DNA from: Raillietiella orientalis
Lineage: Eukaryota
Assembly: GCA_036172245.1 (NCBI GenBank)
Contig: JAYWIR010000007.1
Location: forward strand, 4,340,001 to 4,404,000
Length of the DNA stretch: 64,000 bases
Direction: 5' to 3'
In this document: positions 1 through 13,000 of the stretch, piece after piece
Layout: each line of letters opens with the position of its first letter
How positions within the stretch are numbered: the stretch's first letter is position 1
The notes under the pieces: model-generated
What the model was told of the DNA's origin: nothing
The model's database searches: none
What the model saw: only the letters and a program-made list of their open reading frames with translations
Position numbers and translations under genes: made by a program

Positions 1-853
1 CCAGGGCAGGGCAGGGGAAGAGGGGAAAGGGGGGAGGGGTGGAGGGGAGAGGGAGGAGGAGGAATCCTCGCGTCGTCCTTTCCACTTTTTCTATTATTAT
101 TATTTTTTTCCTTTTTACAAATGGATTAGTCGCTGTTAGACTCCCCCCTCCGTGTCAATCTCAAAGAGGAGTTCCTCCGGCTAATCTGTTTTGATTGGCA
201 CCGCGAGCGAGTCGCCCGCTCCGGACGGCGTTTCACACTTTAACCCCGCAAAAACACGGATGACGCGAGCATCTCGGGGGACCGCAACACGTCGCCCGTC
301 AGAATGGGGAAGTCGAACGCACGGAATGACCGGAGAGCAGCAGGCGGCGGCCGCATCGGCGAGATGGGAGAGGAGGGCACCGGGGAAGATAGGGAAAAGA
401 TCGCGAACCTGTCAATGCGGGCTCTCCTTCCATGCACTTCTGCTTTTCCCATGAGAAACAACGGCGATCCTCATCCTGGCAAATGGATCCAATAAATAAC
501 GTCGAATGGCAATTGTGGTGTTTTTGAAACAAAACGTGACACCTGTACAGAAGTCACAATGACTGACGAATTGCTGCACCTATGCATTTGCGGCTGCATC
601 GATCGACATTGGCATTCGCTCATTCACGATGAAGTCAGATGAAATATCGGTCCATTAAATTGGCACTGTTGGGAGCTACGGCTCACTTTTGTTACCCGTT
701 CTTCGCCCCCAAATCCATTGCTTGGCGTTCTCCATCTGATAAAAGCGTTTATGAAAGAAACCGAAAGTGCGATATCTGGGATATCGGTTTCCGTAGGCGA
801 CAATGGTTTTTTTGGTGGCGCGACTTGGGCAGGAATACCCTTCTTCCCAAGGG

Positions 854-877
854 GAGAGAGAGAGAGAGAGAGAGAGA
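854..877. repeat. (GA)12 microsatellite followed by a G11 run
   Basis: Read directly from the sequence. Confidence 0.95.
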
Positions 878-1015
878 AAGGGGGGGGGGGAAGACACACA
901 CACGTACACAAACACGGCCGTTCGCTACGATGGATACGCAAGGCTTCCTTCTTCCTTTTTTTTCTATCGCGACGATGAAGCGAGCGCGCCAAGGATCGCT
1001 CCAATGTTGCTTCCC

Positions 1016-1016
<1 letters not shown>

Positions 1017-1046
<30 letters not shown>
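1017..1046. repeat. (CAG)10 trinucleotide repeat
   Basis: Read directly. It explains the polyQ/polyA/polyC runs in the overlapping ORFs. Confidence 0.95.
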
Positions 1047-1047
<1 letters not shown>

Positions 1048-1533
1048 GGCGGCTCCCCCCGTGTCGTTGTCTTCGAGCGGTCCGCACCGCGTCGCCGTGC
1101 TTGCCTTTGGCCAGCAAGGCGGTGTGCGCGGTGGCTGGCCAGCAGCGGCCTTTGGCGCCGTCCCCGCGGCTGCAGGCCGATCGGCGACCGGTTCGGACTT
1201 TGGCGCCACCACGACCGCTGCCGCCGCCGTCAGCAGCAGCAGCATCAGCAGCTCTTTCGGCGGAATGCTCGGGAAGGCTGGCTAGCCGTAATTCGGCCTC
1301 GTGCGCGGCGTCCTCCGTCTGCGCATCGGCGGACGCGGAGCGCGCGCGGTGCGGTACGATTTGTTTGGAAACGGCTCGAACACTAAACGCCTATCGGTTT
1401 GTAATTCTGGAGGAGCACGGCTGCTGCGCGCGCGAGAGAATTACCGAGCAGTTTTCAGTAGGGCAGCAAATCATGAGCGTTGAGGCGAAAGCTTTTAAAA
1501 TGAATTGTGCTCGAAGTCATAATTCCTCCGCAG

Positions 1534-1536
<3 letters not shown>

Positions 1537-1566
<30 letters not shown>
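1537..1566. repeat. (AG)15 microsatellite
   Basis: Read directly from the sequence. Confidence 0.95.
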
Positions 1567-1571
<5 letters not shown>

Positions 1572-3965
1572 GAAAGAAAGAAAGGCGGAGGAGGAGGAAA
1601 CGAAGAAGAAGAAGAAGCAACTAGTTGCAAAAACGCCCGAAAGCCCCTCCGAGCAATCGTCGTCGTCCGCTTCGTCCGTTCCCTCTCCGTTCCACCCAGG
1701 AAGCGCCCGTTCCCGGCGACCTGGCGTAAGTTGAGATTTGCGTCCGCGGACTGCGGAAGAGTCATTCGTGTCTCGGTTCGTTCTCGGGGCCTCCCAATAA
1801 AGTCTCGTTACTGCGTAAACAGAGACACCTGATGAGACCACGCGAAGCATAAAATTGGAAACTTCCGAGCATGAAATCAAACGTGGTAAAGAACTGCAGC
1901 TTAATTCGCGGGTGCATATCGGCTGGGAGGAAAGGCAAAGTTCGGGAAGGAAAGGGGGGACTGCCGCCGCCTCTGGAGCAGCCGAGACTCACCGACCGAG
2001 CGGGCGCGCTCCTCGTTCGCTTGCGAGGGGGTCCCGGAACGCCGCCACCAAGCGCAGGTTCCCGCTCAAGAGGTCGGAACGTGTAAATGAGCGCAGTCGG
2101 AGTGCGGGTGCTTGTGTGGCGCGCGAGGAGGAAGAGGAGGAGGAACGCCGCCTGTCCACTCGGCTGCTCGCCTGGTGCTGCTGCTGCTCACCCCTGGTGG
2201 CGGCGGCGGCTCTCCTTCCTTCCATTCGCGCCGAGCACCGTCCAAACGAGGTGCTCCCTCCAAGTTGCCCTTCCTTTCCCTTCGGTCGAGGAGCAGCCCG
2301 AAATCACGGAGGCTGCTGCTCCCTACAAACTTTTCCCGTGTCTCCCGCACAAAGGTGGATCAGAGTGGCTGAAGACTTCATCCATCAAAACCATGAATGG
2401 CCGGACGTTTCCTTTGGCAACAAACAATGGCGCGGCAGCTTCCGTCCGCGCGGTGGCGGCAGCGGACCCCGAAGCGCTGCTCGCGATTCTCTCCCGGGCC
2501 GGCGGCGACCGGGTCCACCGCTCTCCGAGGTTCGTTCCCCGCTCCCCCCCCCCTCCCTTCCCGTGCTCGCAGCAACGTGTAGGCCGGGCCGTCGCGCCTC
2601 TTGCGGCCGGGAGTGGTCCACGGTAACGGGTCCTCCGAGCCGATTCCACGGGCCGGATCATGAGAGATGCGATTAAGATAAAGATAATTATAATGAGGCG
2701 GATGGCGCACCCGGGAGACGCCTGAAGTTTTTATTGTCTCCAGCGGGGAAGGACGGAGAGGAGAGAAGGGGAAAAGGACGGGGAGAGAGGGGTTAGGTGG
2801 AAGGGGGCAGGGCGAACGAAAAATTAAAGAGCAGCAATAAAAGGCATCTTTTTTTTTTTTCTTTCTTTTTTCTTTTGGGATGGTTGGATGGGACGGTTGG
2901 ATGCTGCCACGAGGTCGCATTCGCGAAGTGGCGGCACCTGGCAAGGTTCGTTCTCGGACGATGGTCATCACCGGCGGCGAACCCTTTATTTTCTCTGCAT
3001 CCTCGTCGTCGCTCCCCCTCCCACGGGCGCGCACCCCTTTCCCCGACCTGCGCTCTCCTCTGCGTCCCTCATTCTCTCCCTCCTCCCTCTCCTACTCACC
3101 CTCGGGAGCTCACGGCGGTTCCCCGAGCGGTCGCCCTCGCAATCGCTCGGGGGGGGGGGGAGGCAAGGAGAGGGATCAGGGGTCAGCGGCCCCAAGAAGC
3201 GCTATATCCCAGGGCCCACAGGAAGGGAAAGTCGCCAGACACGCCGTGCGCCGGCAGCCAAAGGTAGGGAAAGGAGGGGTAGAGCGAAAGAGAGAATCCA
3301 TTCTTCCTGTATTGTCTCCAGGAAGGAGAGAGGGTGTGTCTGGCGAGTCCGCGGGCCCACGTGACCTCTCCCCGGGTGACTTCGACATCGCTGCGGCCGC
3401 GCTTCTCCTCCTGTGGTCCGCGGAGCACCTCCCGGTAGCCTCGAGGCTACAGAGTGTCCCTTCAATTCCCCCTCGCCTTCCCGAAGCGGAGGCGAAGGGG
3501 CCGGCTGCCGATGCGCGCACCTGCGCTCCCCCCCTCCCCCCGGATCGGTTTCCTCGAATCTCAAGATTATCTTGCCCATTATTGCAGTAGCCCAACGGAA
3601 GGGAAGGGGGGAGGGGAGCCGCAGGATCTGCATGCGGCCTCTACAGCGACGGGAATGGGGAGCGGCAGCGCTTTCGCCCTGTTTGTTTAGCTCCCGAAAG
3701 TGTCAAACCCTCAAGCGATGATGATGCGCGCAAAAAAGGGGGGGGAAGAGAGAGGGAAGGGGGGGACTCACGTCTCTCTTCGTCCCGGGACGGGAGGAAC
3801 TCCCGGACGAGAGGGATAACCGAGGTGCCCCCGTCAACAATGCAGACAGAGGAAGGAAGAATGGTGGGGGAGCAGGATAGGTTCGCTTCCTCCCCCCTCC
3901 TCTTCTTCCTCTCCGTCCCTCTCTGTCTCTCTAGCGAGCAGAGGCGCGTACGCGACCTCCGCCGC

Positions 3966-3968
<3 letters not shown>

Positions 3969-4000
<32 letters not shown>
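3969..4000. repeat. (CT)16 microsatellite
   Basis: Read directly from the sequence. Confidence 0.95.
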
Positions 4001-4003
<3 letters not shown>

Positions 4004-7000
4004 CCCTCCCCCTTTTCCTCTCCGCCTCCGGGGCTTCCCGCGGGAACCTCCCGACCCGCCTCCGACCGACAAGTATCTGAGAAAGTTCTTTGGGGGGGGT
4101 TTGTTCGCACTCTTTCAACCCCTTCTTGATAAATCAAGCGTTCCGCGGAGCGCAATCAAAATACCGCGTTTTCATATGCTAATCGGCAGAGGCGAACCGA
4201 GACAAAAGACCGGGGGGGAGGAGAGGAAGGGGGGGGGGCGCCAGTAGCGGCAGCAGGGAGAGGCTGGCTGCGCGGGAAGCTCTGCAGAGCTGCTGGCGGA
4301 GCGCGCAGGCGGCGGCGAAGAGAGCTCTGGCGCGCTCGCGCTGAGAAAGGAGGGGGAAGGGGGGGGGGATCTCTCCTTGGTTTGTTTGCGGTGCAGCAGC
4401 AGGCCGTGGCTGTCTCCGCTTGCTCGCGCGCTGCGGATCGACTCCTCGGCGCTTCCTCCTCCTCCTCCTCCTCCTTAGCCACGTCGTTAAGACCACGGTC
4501 ATCGGAAGGAAGGGGAGCGAAATCTCCTCGGTCCGGAGCTGATGAAAAGATGCATCGGCGCGCGCGCGGCTCCCGGAGAGATGCAGGGCATCGCCTGTAA
4601 GTGGCTGCCACTTTTACGCCGGGCAGGGGGGAAGGAGGGTGGGAGGGAAAAGGAAAAAAAAAAAAAAAAAAGGGAAAAAGAGAGAAGTCAGGAAAGAAAG
4701 AAGGAAGGAAGGGAAAAAAACGTGACCGGGGCCGAGCCGGACTCCCGCCAGGCCCGCCCTGTTTTACGAGCGAGCTGTAATTCGGTAGCTCGTAATTGCC
4801 CACTGTGGCCGCGGCCTCCGCAGGCACGGCGTCGCCGTCTGTCCCTGTTTGCTTTCCCGGCCTCCGAGGCCGGGGGAGCGAACCCAGAGCGGCAGCGGGT
4901 TTGGGGCCGTGGCACGGATGGGGGGGAGGGGGGGACGCAGCACAGATGCCTTCGATGTCCATGGGACTGGAATCGATTATGGGCACCTCGTTTGAGCCCC
5001 TCGCGCGCCGTGACGACCTCGCACGAAGGGATGCCACCTCCCTCCTCCTCCTCCTCCACGGCGTCGCGGAAAACAAAGAGACTCCTCCTTTTCCCACCTG
5101 GAAGAAGAGCTAACGAGGAGGAGGACGGGGAGCAGCAAGAGGACAGGAGGGTGGAAAGGAGAGAGGGGGCTTTGAACAGGGAGACAGGCAGGGAGAAGGA
5201 AGAGAGCGGGGGGGAGGGGGGAAGAAAATGAAACGGGATTTCCTCTTCTTCCTCTCGCTCGAAAGGTGCTGCTGCACGCGTCCATCCGTCTCGGCATCGA
5301 CGAGCCGCATATCACCGTCCCGTGCGGATAACAGTGAACGCGGCACCGGATTTCGCCGAATCGGAGCCACGGCCGCGCTCCGGTGCACCTTCTCCGGGAG
5401 GCGGGAGGCGAGAGGAGGGGGAGGGAAGAGATTTTATTTTTTTTCACTCTCTTTCTCCTCCTCCTTTCCTCTCTGGGTGAGCGCCAGGGACGTGCAACCC
5501 CGTCGGGGGAATTAAGGACAGGGGAGAAGAGAGGACGAAGAACCAAGCGTGGAACGGCACGGTCCTCTCCGTGACGTCAACTGAGCGCCCGTAGTGGGCG
5601 CAACAATGAGCCGGAAAGCCGGCGCGCGCTTTCGTCCCGGCGCCAAACGCCTTCCTTTTTTCCAGCCTCATCCCCGTGCGAGCACAGGAGAGGCTGGAGC
5701 GGCTTTTGCGAAACCCCCTGATAAACCAAGCAGCCGCACCCGCTCTCTCCTCGAGGATCTCCCTCCCCCCCACGTGCGTTTATCCGAGACGCCCGTTCCG
5801 CGGCGGCGAACGGAGCGACAGAATCCCCCAAGCGCTCCTCAAGGAAGACACGAACCCAGCGTGTTCGTGCTGATCCGCGCGATCCATCATCGATTCTTGC
5901 TTGCAGGGAGACCGGATGCAGAGACGGAGGAGGAGGGTGGAGGCTCATGGGGCGGCTGGAAGCGGACCGGCAGCAGCCTGCTCCCCTTCCATGAGAGAGA
6001 CGACGACGACGGGCTTACATGGAGAGCGCATCAGGTGAGCCTCACGTTCCCCCGGTGAGGAGGATCCACGGCGAGGGTGGCCATCGGGAGGAGGGACGGA
6101 AGGAAGAAGAAGGAAGGGGGGCAGAGGAACGGCTGTCACGCCTCCCCGCCGGAGAAGTGGAGGCGGCGCGGATGGCCGTTGATAACTTCCCGGGAACTTT
6201 TGCTTTCGCCTCGGCCGTCCCTCTGCAGATGAGCGACCAGCAGCCGGAGACCTTCAAGCGCATGGACGGGGGAGGGGCAGAAGGGCCGCGTCCACGTGGA
6301 AGAGGCCACCGCCCACGCGCTCCTCCCTTGTCTTCCGTCTCTAGACGCCCTCGCGGAAGGCGCGCGCCCTGGAGATGGGAGAATAGAACGATCCCATGGA
6401 GGGTGGTAGAGGGGAAGGCTTGTTTCCCATTTGGTGCACGCGTCACCCCCTTCCCCCACTCCCTCCTCTCCAGCTCTGGGAGCGATCCTGGAGGGCTTCG
6501 TGGGGCGAGGAACAACTGGATGAAGGTCCTGCAGATCGCGGTTGCCATGGACTCTGCCTCGCTTGAGAGACGGGAGGGACCGTCCCACCCCCTCCCCTCC
6601 TCTTGCTATCCCTCTCCCTGTCGACTCCTCCTCCGCTGCGCCCTTCCCCCCCTCCCCCATGCTGCGAGCAGCACTGAGTCCCACCCCGATAGGAAACGGA
6701 CCCAGGAATGAGAGAGGGAGACGCAGCGACCGTCTTCTGGGAAGGGTCCGGCAGGAAGGCAGGTAGAAAAGGGAGGGAGGGAGGGAGGGAGGAAAGCGAG
6801 GTGGGAGGCGTCCTCGTCCCACCTGCCCCCTCCCCGCCGCGGGTCCTCCGGGCGACGGCGCTTCAAATGGTTGGGCGCACCACGTGAGGAAGAGATCTGA
6901 GGGGATGCTGCGCACCTTTCGGTCCGACCGGAAGGCGGCGGCCGGTAAACAGCGCCGACCGCTCTGATGGCGCCCCCGCGGAAAGGGGCTCCGCTGAGAC

Positions 7001-7779
7001 TCCTGCCACCAGGGGCGCTAAGGAGGGGATGTTCCCCTTCCTCCCTCGAGGACGGCGGACGTTCCCGAGCCTCCCTGGCCACGCTGGAAGCCCCCAGAAG
7101 AGGCGCCGGCCTGCGGTTGGTGATTGCCTCCTGGCGCCAGGGGGATCCTCTCAGCGCGGAGGAGGGAAGGGAAGGCCGCGGGACATGTCCAGGGATCCTT
7201 CCCTCCGATCCTTCCTCCTGCTCGCTTCCGCCGCCGTCAGTCATCGGGGTGAGGTGCGAGGACGTGCGTGAGCGTGGGGTGGGATGGAGTGGAGGGGGGG
7301 GGGGTGCCCTCCTCCAGGACTCCTCCTCCGGGAATCGCGTTTAAATGAGCGGAACATGTCGGGGTGCAAATCGGATTGGCTCCAGGCCCGCCGGGCTCTT
7401 TGTTCCGGGACGCGCGAGAACTTTCGGGAACCGCACGTCGAGGACACCTGCCCGCTCCTGGAGAGCGCGGGTTCGGTCGGGAAGAATGACGGGATTCCGG
7501 CAGATCCGCTCTCACCCGCTCCCGTCTTTGGCATGCAAATGAGGCGCGTCCGCTGTGGGAACGGCGGCGACAATGGGCCGGCCCCATCCGGGTGCCCCCG
7601 CCGCTGCTCCGCGGCACCTCCGCCGGCGCGGCTCTCCAGACGACAGAAGACTGGGAAGGAAGCGAGCACTTCCCCGGAGCACGGGCGCGGGCTGCCCGGC
7701 CACCCTCCGCCGCCATCGCGAGTTGGCGCTCCCTCCCTCCTTCCCTCGGGCAGCACGGACTAACTGCTCACCACGGACC

Positions 7780-8990
7780 GGGGAAAGAGGGGGAGGAGGA
7801 GGAAGAGGAGGAGGGGCGGGTGGGCGGGAAGGGCGCGCGTCAGGCGAGCGCAATCGTCGCGCCCCTCGCGGAAGCGCGCCGCGCGCGCGAGGCGTCGTCC
7901 GCGCACGACGGCGGCCGGTCAGTCGAGCGCGCGAGGGTCGTCGTCGCGTGTCGCCGGGGCGGCGGGGACGCGCGCGGCCGATCGCCGCGGGGCCTCCTCC
8001 GCTTCTCCTCCCTCCCTCCCCTCCTCGCGCGCCGCGGCGTCCCCTCCCGGGCCGCCGTCGCCGCCGCCGCCGCCCCGCGGCTCGCTCCCGTAAACAGCCC
8101 TCGGAGGTCGCGGAGGTCATCGCGGAAACGGGGGCTCCACTCGCCGCCGCTGTCTTCCCCCGATGATCGGCGTCACGCAAACGCGTGTGAGGACGCTCGT
8201 CGGCCCCCCCTCCCCCCTTCCTCCTCCTCATCCGCCGTTACCGTCTCCTCCTCTCCTGGAGGGGGCGCGTCCGGCAGAAGTCAAGCGCGCGCGCGCGCCT
8301 TCCGGGGGCTTTCGCGGTCGCCCACGAGCCGCTGGGCTTCCGCAAGGAGACGCGTGGACGCGATGCGCGCGCGTTCGGATGGCTGTCCCTCCCTCCCCCT
8401 CTCCCCGTTCCCATGGGTCGGACAGCACGCTTAGAGGGCGGCAGGAACAGCGAGAGGGACGGAAGAGGGACGCGTGGGCCTGCCTTCCGACGGCGTTCGC
8501 GCCGCCCCGCGCCCATCCCTCGCTCTTCCCAGGCAGCGGGACGAACGGGCGCGATGCCGCTCCCCCCCTTCCCCTTCCGGGAGGGATCCCCTCTCCTTTG
8601 CGGACCCGGGAACCCGTTCCTCCTGTTCGGGACTTCGTCCGCGTCCCTTCCTGAGAGTCACCCCGGGAAGGGCTTCTCCTCCCGGGAGGCACCCGCCGTC
8701 GGCCCCTGAGAGGCCCCCGTAGCGGGAGGGACCGCGCGCCGCGCCGGGAAGGCCTCGTGCGCCTTCCCTCCCGGGATGCGAGGGTGCGGCGGCGGATGTG
8801 GGGCGGAGGCCTGCTCTTTTCCCGGACGCCCTTTTTCCCTGCGTCCCAGACGGGAGGGCACCCTCCCTCCCGTTCGGGACGCTCGCGGTCCCGACCGCTG
8901 CGGCGGCGACGCGCGCGCATTCCCGAGCGCGCGCGTGCGCGCCCCTCTCCAGAGGGACGCCCCGCGCGGCGTCGGGTCTCCGACAGGATG
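7780..8990. other. Extremely CpG-dense segment (CpG-island core-like), with GC boxes at ~7813-7828
   Basis: It has dense CGCG and CGC runs, GGGGCGGG/GGGCGG boxes and GTAAACA near 8090. No associated exon was recognised. Confidence 0.4.
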
Positions 8991-10084
8991 AGGTCGGGGA
9001 TGAGTCCGGAAGGGGTGCGGGGGTCTCGGGATGGTGGGACCGACGGTGAGCTGGGACTCCTGGAGGGAGGCGGGCGGGCGCGAACGACCAGGACCGCCGC
9101 GGACTCCTGGTCCCGGAACCTGGCCGTCATCCCCTCGGGTGTTCACGCAACACTGTGGGGGGGGGGGGAAGCAAGGGGCACCAACCCTTTGAAAGCAGGA
9201 CCACTTGCCCGCGTCCGTCGCCGGGGGAATGTCTCCAGGAGTTTCGTTGGAATTCTCGGAGATGTCCGATGCGGAAGGACTGAGGAAGGGCAACTGGTGG
9301 GGGCGATGGGCAGGCGACCTCATCGGAACCGTGGGTGCGAAACGCGGGCTGAATGCGCCCTCTCTACGTGGTCCTGGCTCTCCAGTTTCTCCCGAACGGG
9401 ACACCTCGACCCCGGGGGTGGGAGTGGGTCGGAGGAGAAACATCCGACAGCGGCGGAGGTCTTGCAAGTGGCACGGAGTCGTCGGCAGGACAGGCCCGCA
9501 GGTAGCCCTCGTGGTTCCCGGATCGAGAGAGCTGAGCATCTCCTCCTCCTCCGCTGCCGCCCCGTCCCCCCCCCTCCCCTTCCTCTTTGCTCCCCCCGCG
9601 AGCTCCCGTCGTGCGCGCGGAGACGGGCGGTCGCCCGCCCCGCGAGCTGCTCCTTGCCGGTGGGGAGAGGAAGAAAGGAAAAAAAACAGCAGCATCCGCT
9701 TACGATCTGCTCGCCCCCGCAGGTGCCTCACAGCAGCAGCCTCCCCCCCTCCCTCCCTTCCGAGGAGAGCAAGGAGGAGAGGAGGAAGAAGCGCCGGGTA
9801 CCCGTCGCAAGTGGACGCCTCACGGCGAGAGAGAGGGGGGGAGGGACGAGCGAGCGCGCGAGAGAGCACCCTCTCCCTTGAGACCAGTGGCGGGAGCACA
9901 ATGGGGCTGACCGACGCGACAGGGCCCGGTTCACCTTCCCTTTCCTCCCTCCCTCCTCTCTCCTGACGCTTCTTTCCCTTCCTTGTTTTCTCCTCCTCCT
10001 TTTCCTCTCCTTTTTGTCTTTCCCCTCCTCCCTCGCCTTCTTTTTCCCGGAGCGAGCGCACCTGCGCCAATCGCGTTTCCCTGA

Positions 10085-13000
10085 CCACCGTCTCATGCAA
10101 AGAGAAATTAATGTAAAGATTAGACCTTTGACCTGGGAAGTCGTGACCATGCTGGAGGACGGAGAGCGAATCCATTTTAACGACGCGCAGCCCGCCGTAA
10201 TTCACCGCGGACGCCGCCGCCTACGCGCGCACCCGAAGACGACGGCGGGAACGCGCGAAGGCCGGGGGGGGGGGGGGAGGAACCGCGCGCGCGCGCCGGG
10301 GCGACAGCAAGCCGTCGCGGAAGGCGGTCTCCGGGACACCTCGACGCTCACCGGGGAAGAAGCCCCGTGGCGCCACCGCAACTTCTTCTGCCCCGGGCGA
10401 TCGACCCTCCCCTGCTCTCCCCAAAAAAGAGGGGCGAGAGGGGAGCAGCGGGGGCAGCCCTGAGCCGCGCGCTTGCTTCCCTCTGAAACGGGCAGCAGCG
10501 AGCGTGCGCGCGTGCGCGGCTCCGCAGCCCGCGCGGGGAGGGGGCGAGATGGACCGCGTCTACGAGCGCGCGTGGACCTCGTCGTGAGCGACCGACGCCA
10601 CGGAGATGCTCTGCTGATGGGAACCATCCTTCGAGAAAAAAGGACACAGGTCAGCGTGGAGGTCCGCGGCAGCTCCTGCTCGCTGCCGCCGACCCGCATG
10701 CGTTCGGTTCGCGCGCGCGTCTCTCTGCGGAGCGCCGAGCCCGAGAAGGAAGCGGGGGGGGGGGGGCAACGGCGCGCGTAGCAACGTGTTCGCAGGCGGC
10801 TCCTCCCGGAGATGCGAAGGGAGGGGAGGGCGAATCCGAAGACGAAAGGAGCAAAAAAGGAACCGACCTGTGGAGGAGGGAAGACGAAAAACACACGCGC
10901 ACGCACACGCAAAAAAAAAAAAGAAAAAGGAAAGGCAGGATCGGTCTTGTTTCCCCCCCCGCGGTGGCGATGCACTTTGCGAGCGAAGTTTCTCCGTGGC
11001 GAGTAGACGGCCCGCCCGTCCCGCGCGCGATCATCGCCGAGGAGGAAGCCCAACAAAGCGGAAACTCGGCCACGCGATTGGTGGATGCAAATGACGCGAC
11101 TGACTGCATAAACGTCACCGGCAGCGCGTTCATGGCGAGCCGAGTGTTCGGGGCTCGTGCGTGTTGCCCGGGCGGGAGAAGGCCGCAAATCTGCCGCCAG
11201 ACTTGCCCCCTCCCCCTCCCCCGCAACCCCGGCGGCACGGAAATTCATATCACTTGCAGGTCCGAAGCGGCTGACACGGACGACGCTGGGTGAAACGAGC
11301 GGTCTTTATTAGCTTCATTAAGACTTCGGGTGCAGCAGCAGCTTTGGCGCGGTCCACACGGACGCCGGCGGCTTCTGGTCGAAGGAGGCGGCGGAGGCGC
11401 GCGCGCGCGTGTACGCGTGCAACCCCCTGCGCACGCCGCCGCCGCTCCCCGGCTCGTACACAGCTCGAACCGTACACAGTTTAGCAAAACGCGTGCGTCA
11501 CGCGTGAGCAGCGCGAGGGCCTCCTCACGCACGCAGACGGCCGACCGTTCCGTGTCCTGCGGGTGAGATGGAAAGGTGCGCTGACGATGGCCGAAGAGTC
11601 ACGAGCGGGCAGCGAAGGAGTCCTTTCGCTTCCGGACTGACTCCCGCGCCAACTTCAAACGTCGGACGGATCGGTGCTTCCTGTGGTCTCCGTCTTTTTC
11701 CGCTGGCGACGGAAACGCCGGTGGCCGGGAGCACAGAGGACCGTAACGCCGCGAGGAGGAAAGCCGTCTTCTGCTTGTGCTGGGACTTTCCATCCCGATG
11801 ATCGGTCATCAAACAGCCACGGGCTTTCCGACCCTGGACGACGACGAAATAGGCAATGCAATGCTCGCATGCGGCGGCGGTTGAAGCACACGCGCGCGCG
11901 CGTGCAAAAAAAAAAAAAAAAGAAGGAAAGGGGAAAAGGAAAAAAAGGAAAAAGAAAAAAAAAGGATTTTTCTCCTTCCCCCCCCCCTTCCTCCCGATTC
12001 GGAGTGAACGCCGCGAAATCACCGCAAGGCGTGCATTTCGCTCCTTTCCTGTTTTTGTCCTCTCCATTTCCAGCTGATTGTTTGATGAAGAGCATTAATC
12101 AAGCACGTTGTTCAAGTTGTTTTCATCAGCGAAATAAACTTTTTCACTTTAATGGTTTAACAGGCTGACGGGTGGGCTGCAGCAGCGAACTTTTATCTCG
12201 TTCTGCTGCATCAATCGCTCTTTTCCACTTATTCCAATTTATGAATGTCCTTTTCCCCTTGGAAACAGGTTTCTTTCTTTGTACCTTCTTTTTTCTTTTT
12301 TTCCTCCTCTCCCCCCCCCCTCCTCCTCCCCCTCCCTCTTTCCTTTTTTTTATTTTTTGTTTGTTTGTCCTTTTCTTTTTCTTTTTCTTTTTTTTTTTGC
12401 CTCTCTCGACAAACTTTGTACGATAGCGAACAAATCTGCGAAGGGTACGTACGTCTTCCCTAATTATCGCGACTTTCTCCGAAGGATAATTTGTTCTGGG
12501 AGCCGAACCGGAGAGGCAGCGGCGGGTCCTCCTCCTCCTCCCCCCGCTCCTCCCGCTTTCCAAGTTTGTTGACGCAAAGGGCCCTTCGCGCGCGGGGAAA
12601 ATCGCCTCCTCCTTTAATCCCGAAGAGCGACGTTTGCGCGACTTCCGTTCGCGGTCGTCTCGTCGACACGAGCGGAACAGACACAACACGGCGTGGTCAC
12701 GTACACCCCACGGGAAGGGGACGCGCCGCGGGTTCCCGCGCGAGACGGGAAGGGAAAGCCGTCCGGGCAGCAGCCATCTTCCTTCCTTCCTGCTCGTTAA
12801 CGCCGGTGCTCTCCGGGCAATTAATTGCTGATCAATCAAAGTTTTGCTCCGTGCGATCGAACCGGCGGCTCCCGACGACCTGGCGGACACACGCGATCTC
12901 CATTTCGTGTTGCGCGTGTTCCCGCTGCGGCCGACCCGCCGCTCCTAACCTCCTTCAGGGAAGGAATTTCCTTCCAATTTATTCATAATGGGGGATCCGG

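Larger units (their letters stand above)
105..2435. promoter_or_regulatory. Cluster of putative conserved non-coding/enhancer-like islands (~105-830, 1285-1535, 1720-1925, 2330-2435)
   Basis: Complex, AT-richer blocks are separated by microsatellites. They contain TAAT/ATTA cores, TGATAA (737-742), and an X-box-like GTTTCCTTTGGCAAC (2407-2421) next to SOX AACAATGG (2423-2430). Conservation is inferred, not shown. Confidence 0.45.

Noticed and set aside
639..1832. 397-aa ORF with a polyQ run
   Set aside because: It reads through (GA)n, (CAG)n and G-run repeats, has no recognisable domain, and equally long ORFs overlap it in other frames.
1829..1862. Hammerhead-ribozyme-like CTGATGA...GAAAC
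   Set aside because: The intervening sequence cannot form stem II, and no flanking stems I/III are evident.
7003..7020. CTCF-like TGCCACCAGGGGCGCTA
   Set aside because: It is one G short in the core, which breaks the motif spacing.
7765..7785. REST/RE1-like CACCACGGAC
   Set aside because: Only the central 10 nt match; both flanks of the 21-bp consensus fail.
8658..10205. Longest ORF (515 aa, minus strand) and similar 300-460 aa ORFs elsewhere
   Set aside because: These are low-complexity Arg/Gly/Pro/Ala translations, expected where high GC makes stop codons rare. They overlap on both strands and show no domain or exon structure.
12078..12130. Hairpin TGATGAAGA...TTTTCATCA
   Set aside because: Only ~9 contiguous pairs form and the rest is heavily bulged, so it is not convincing as a structured RNA.
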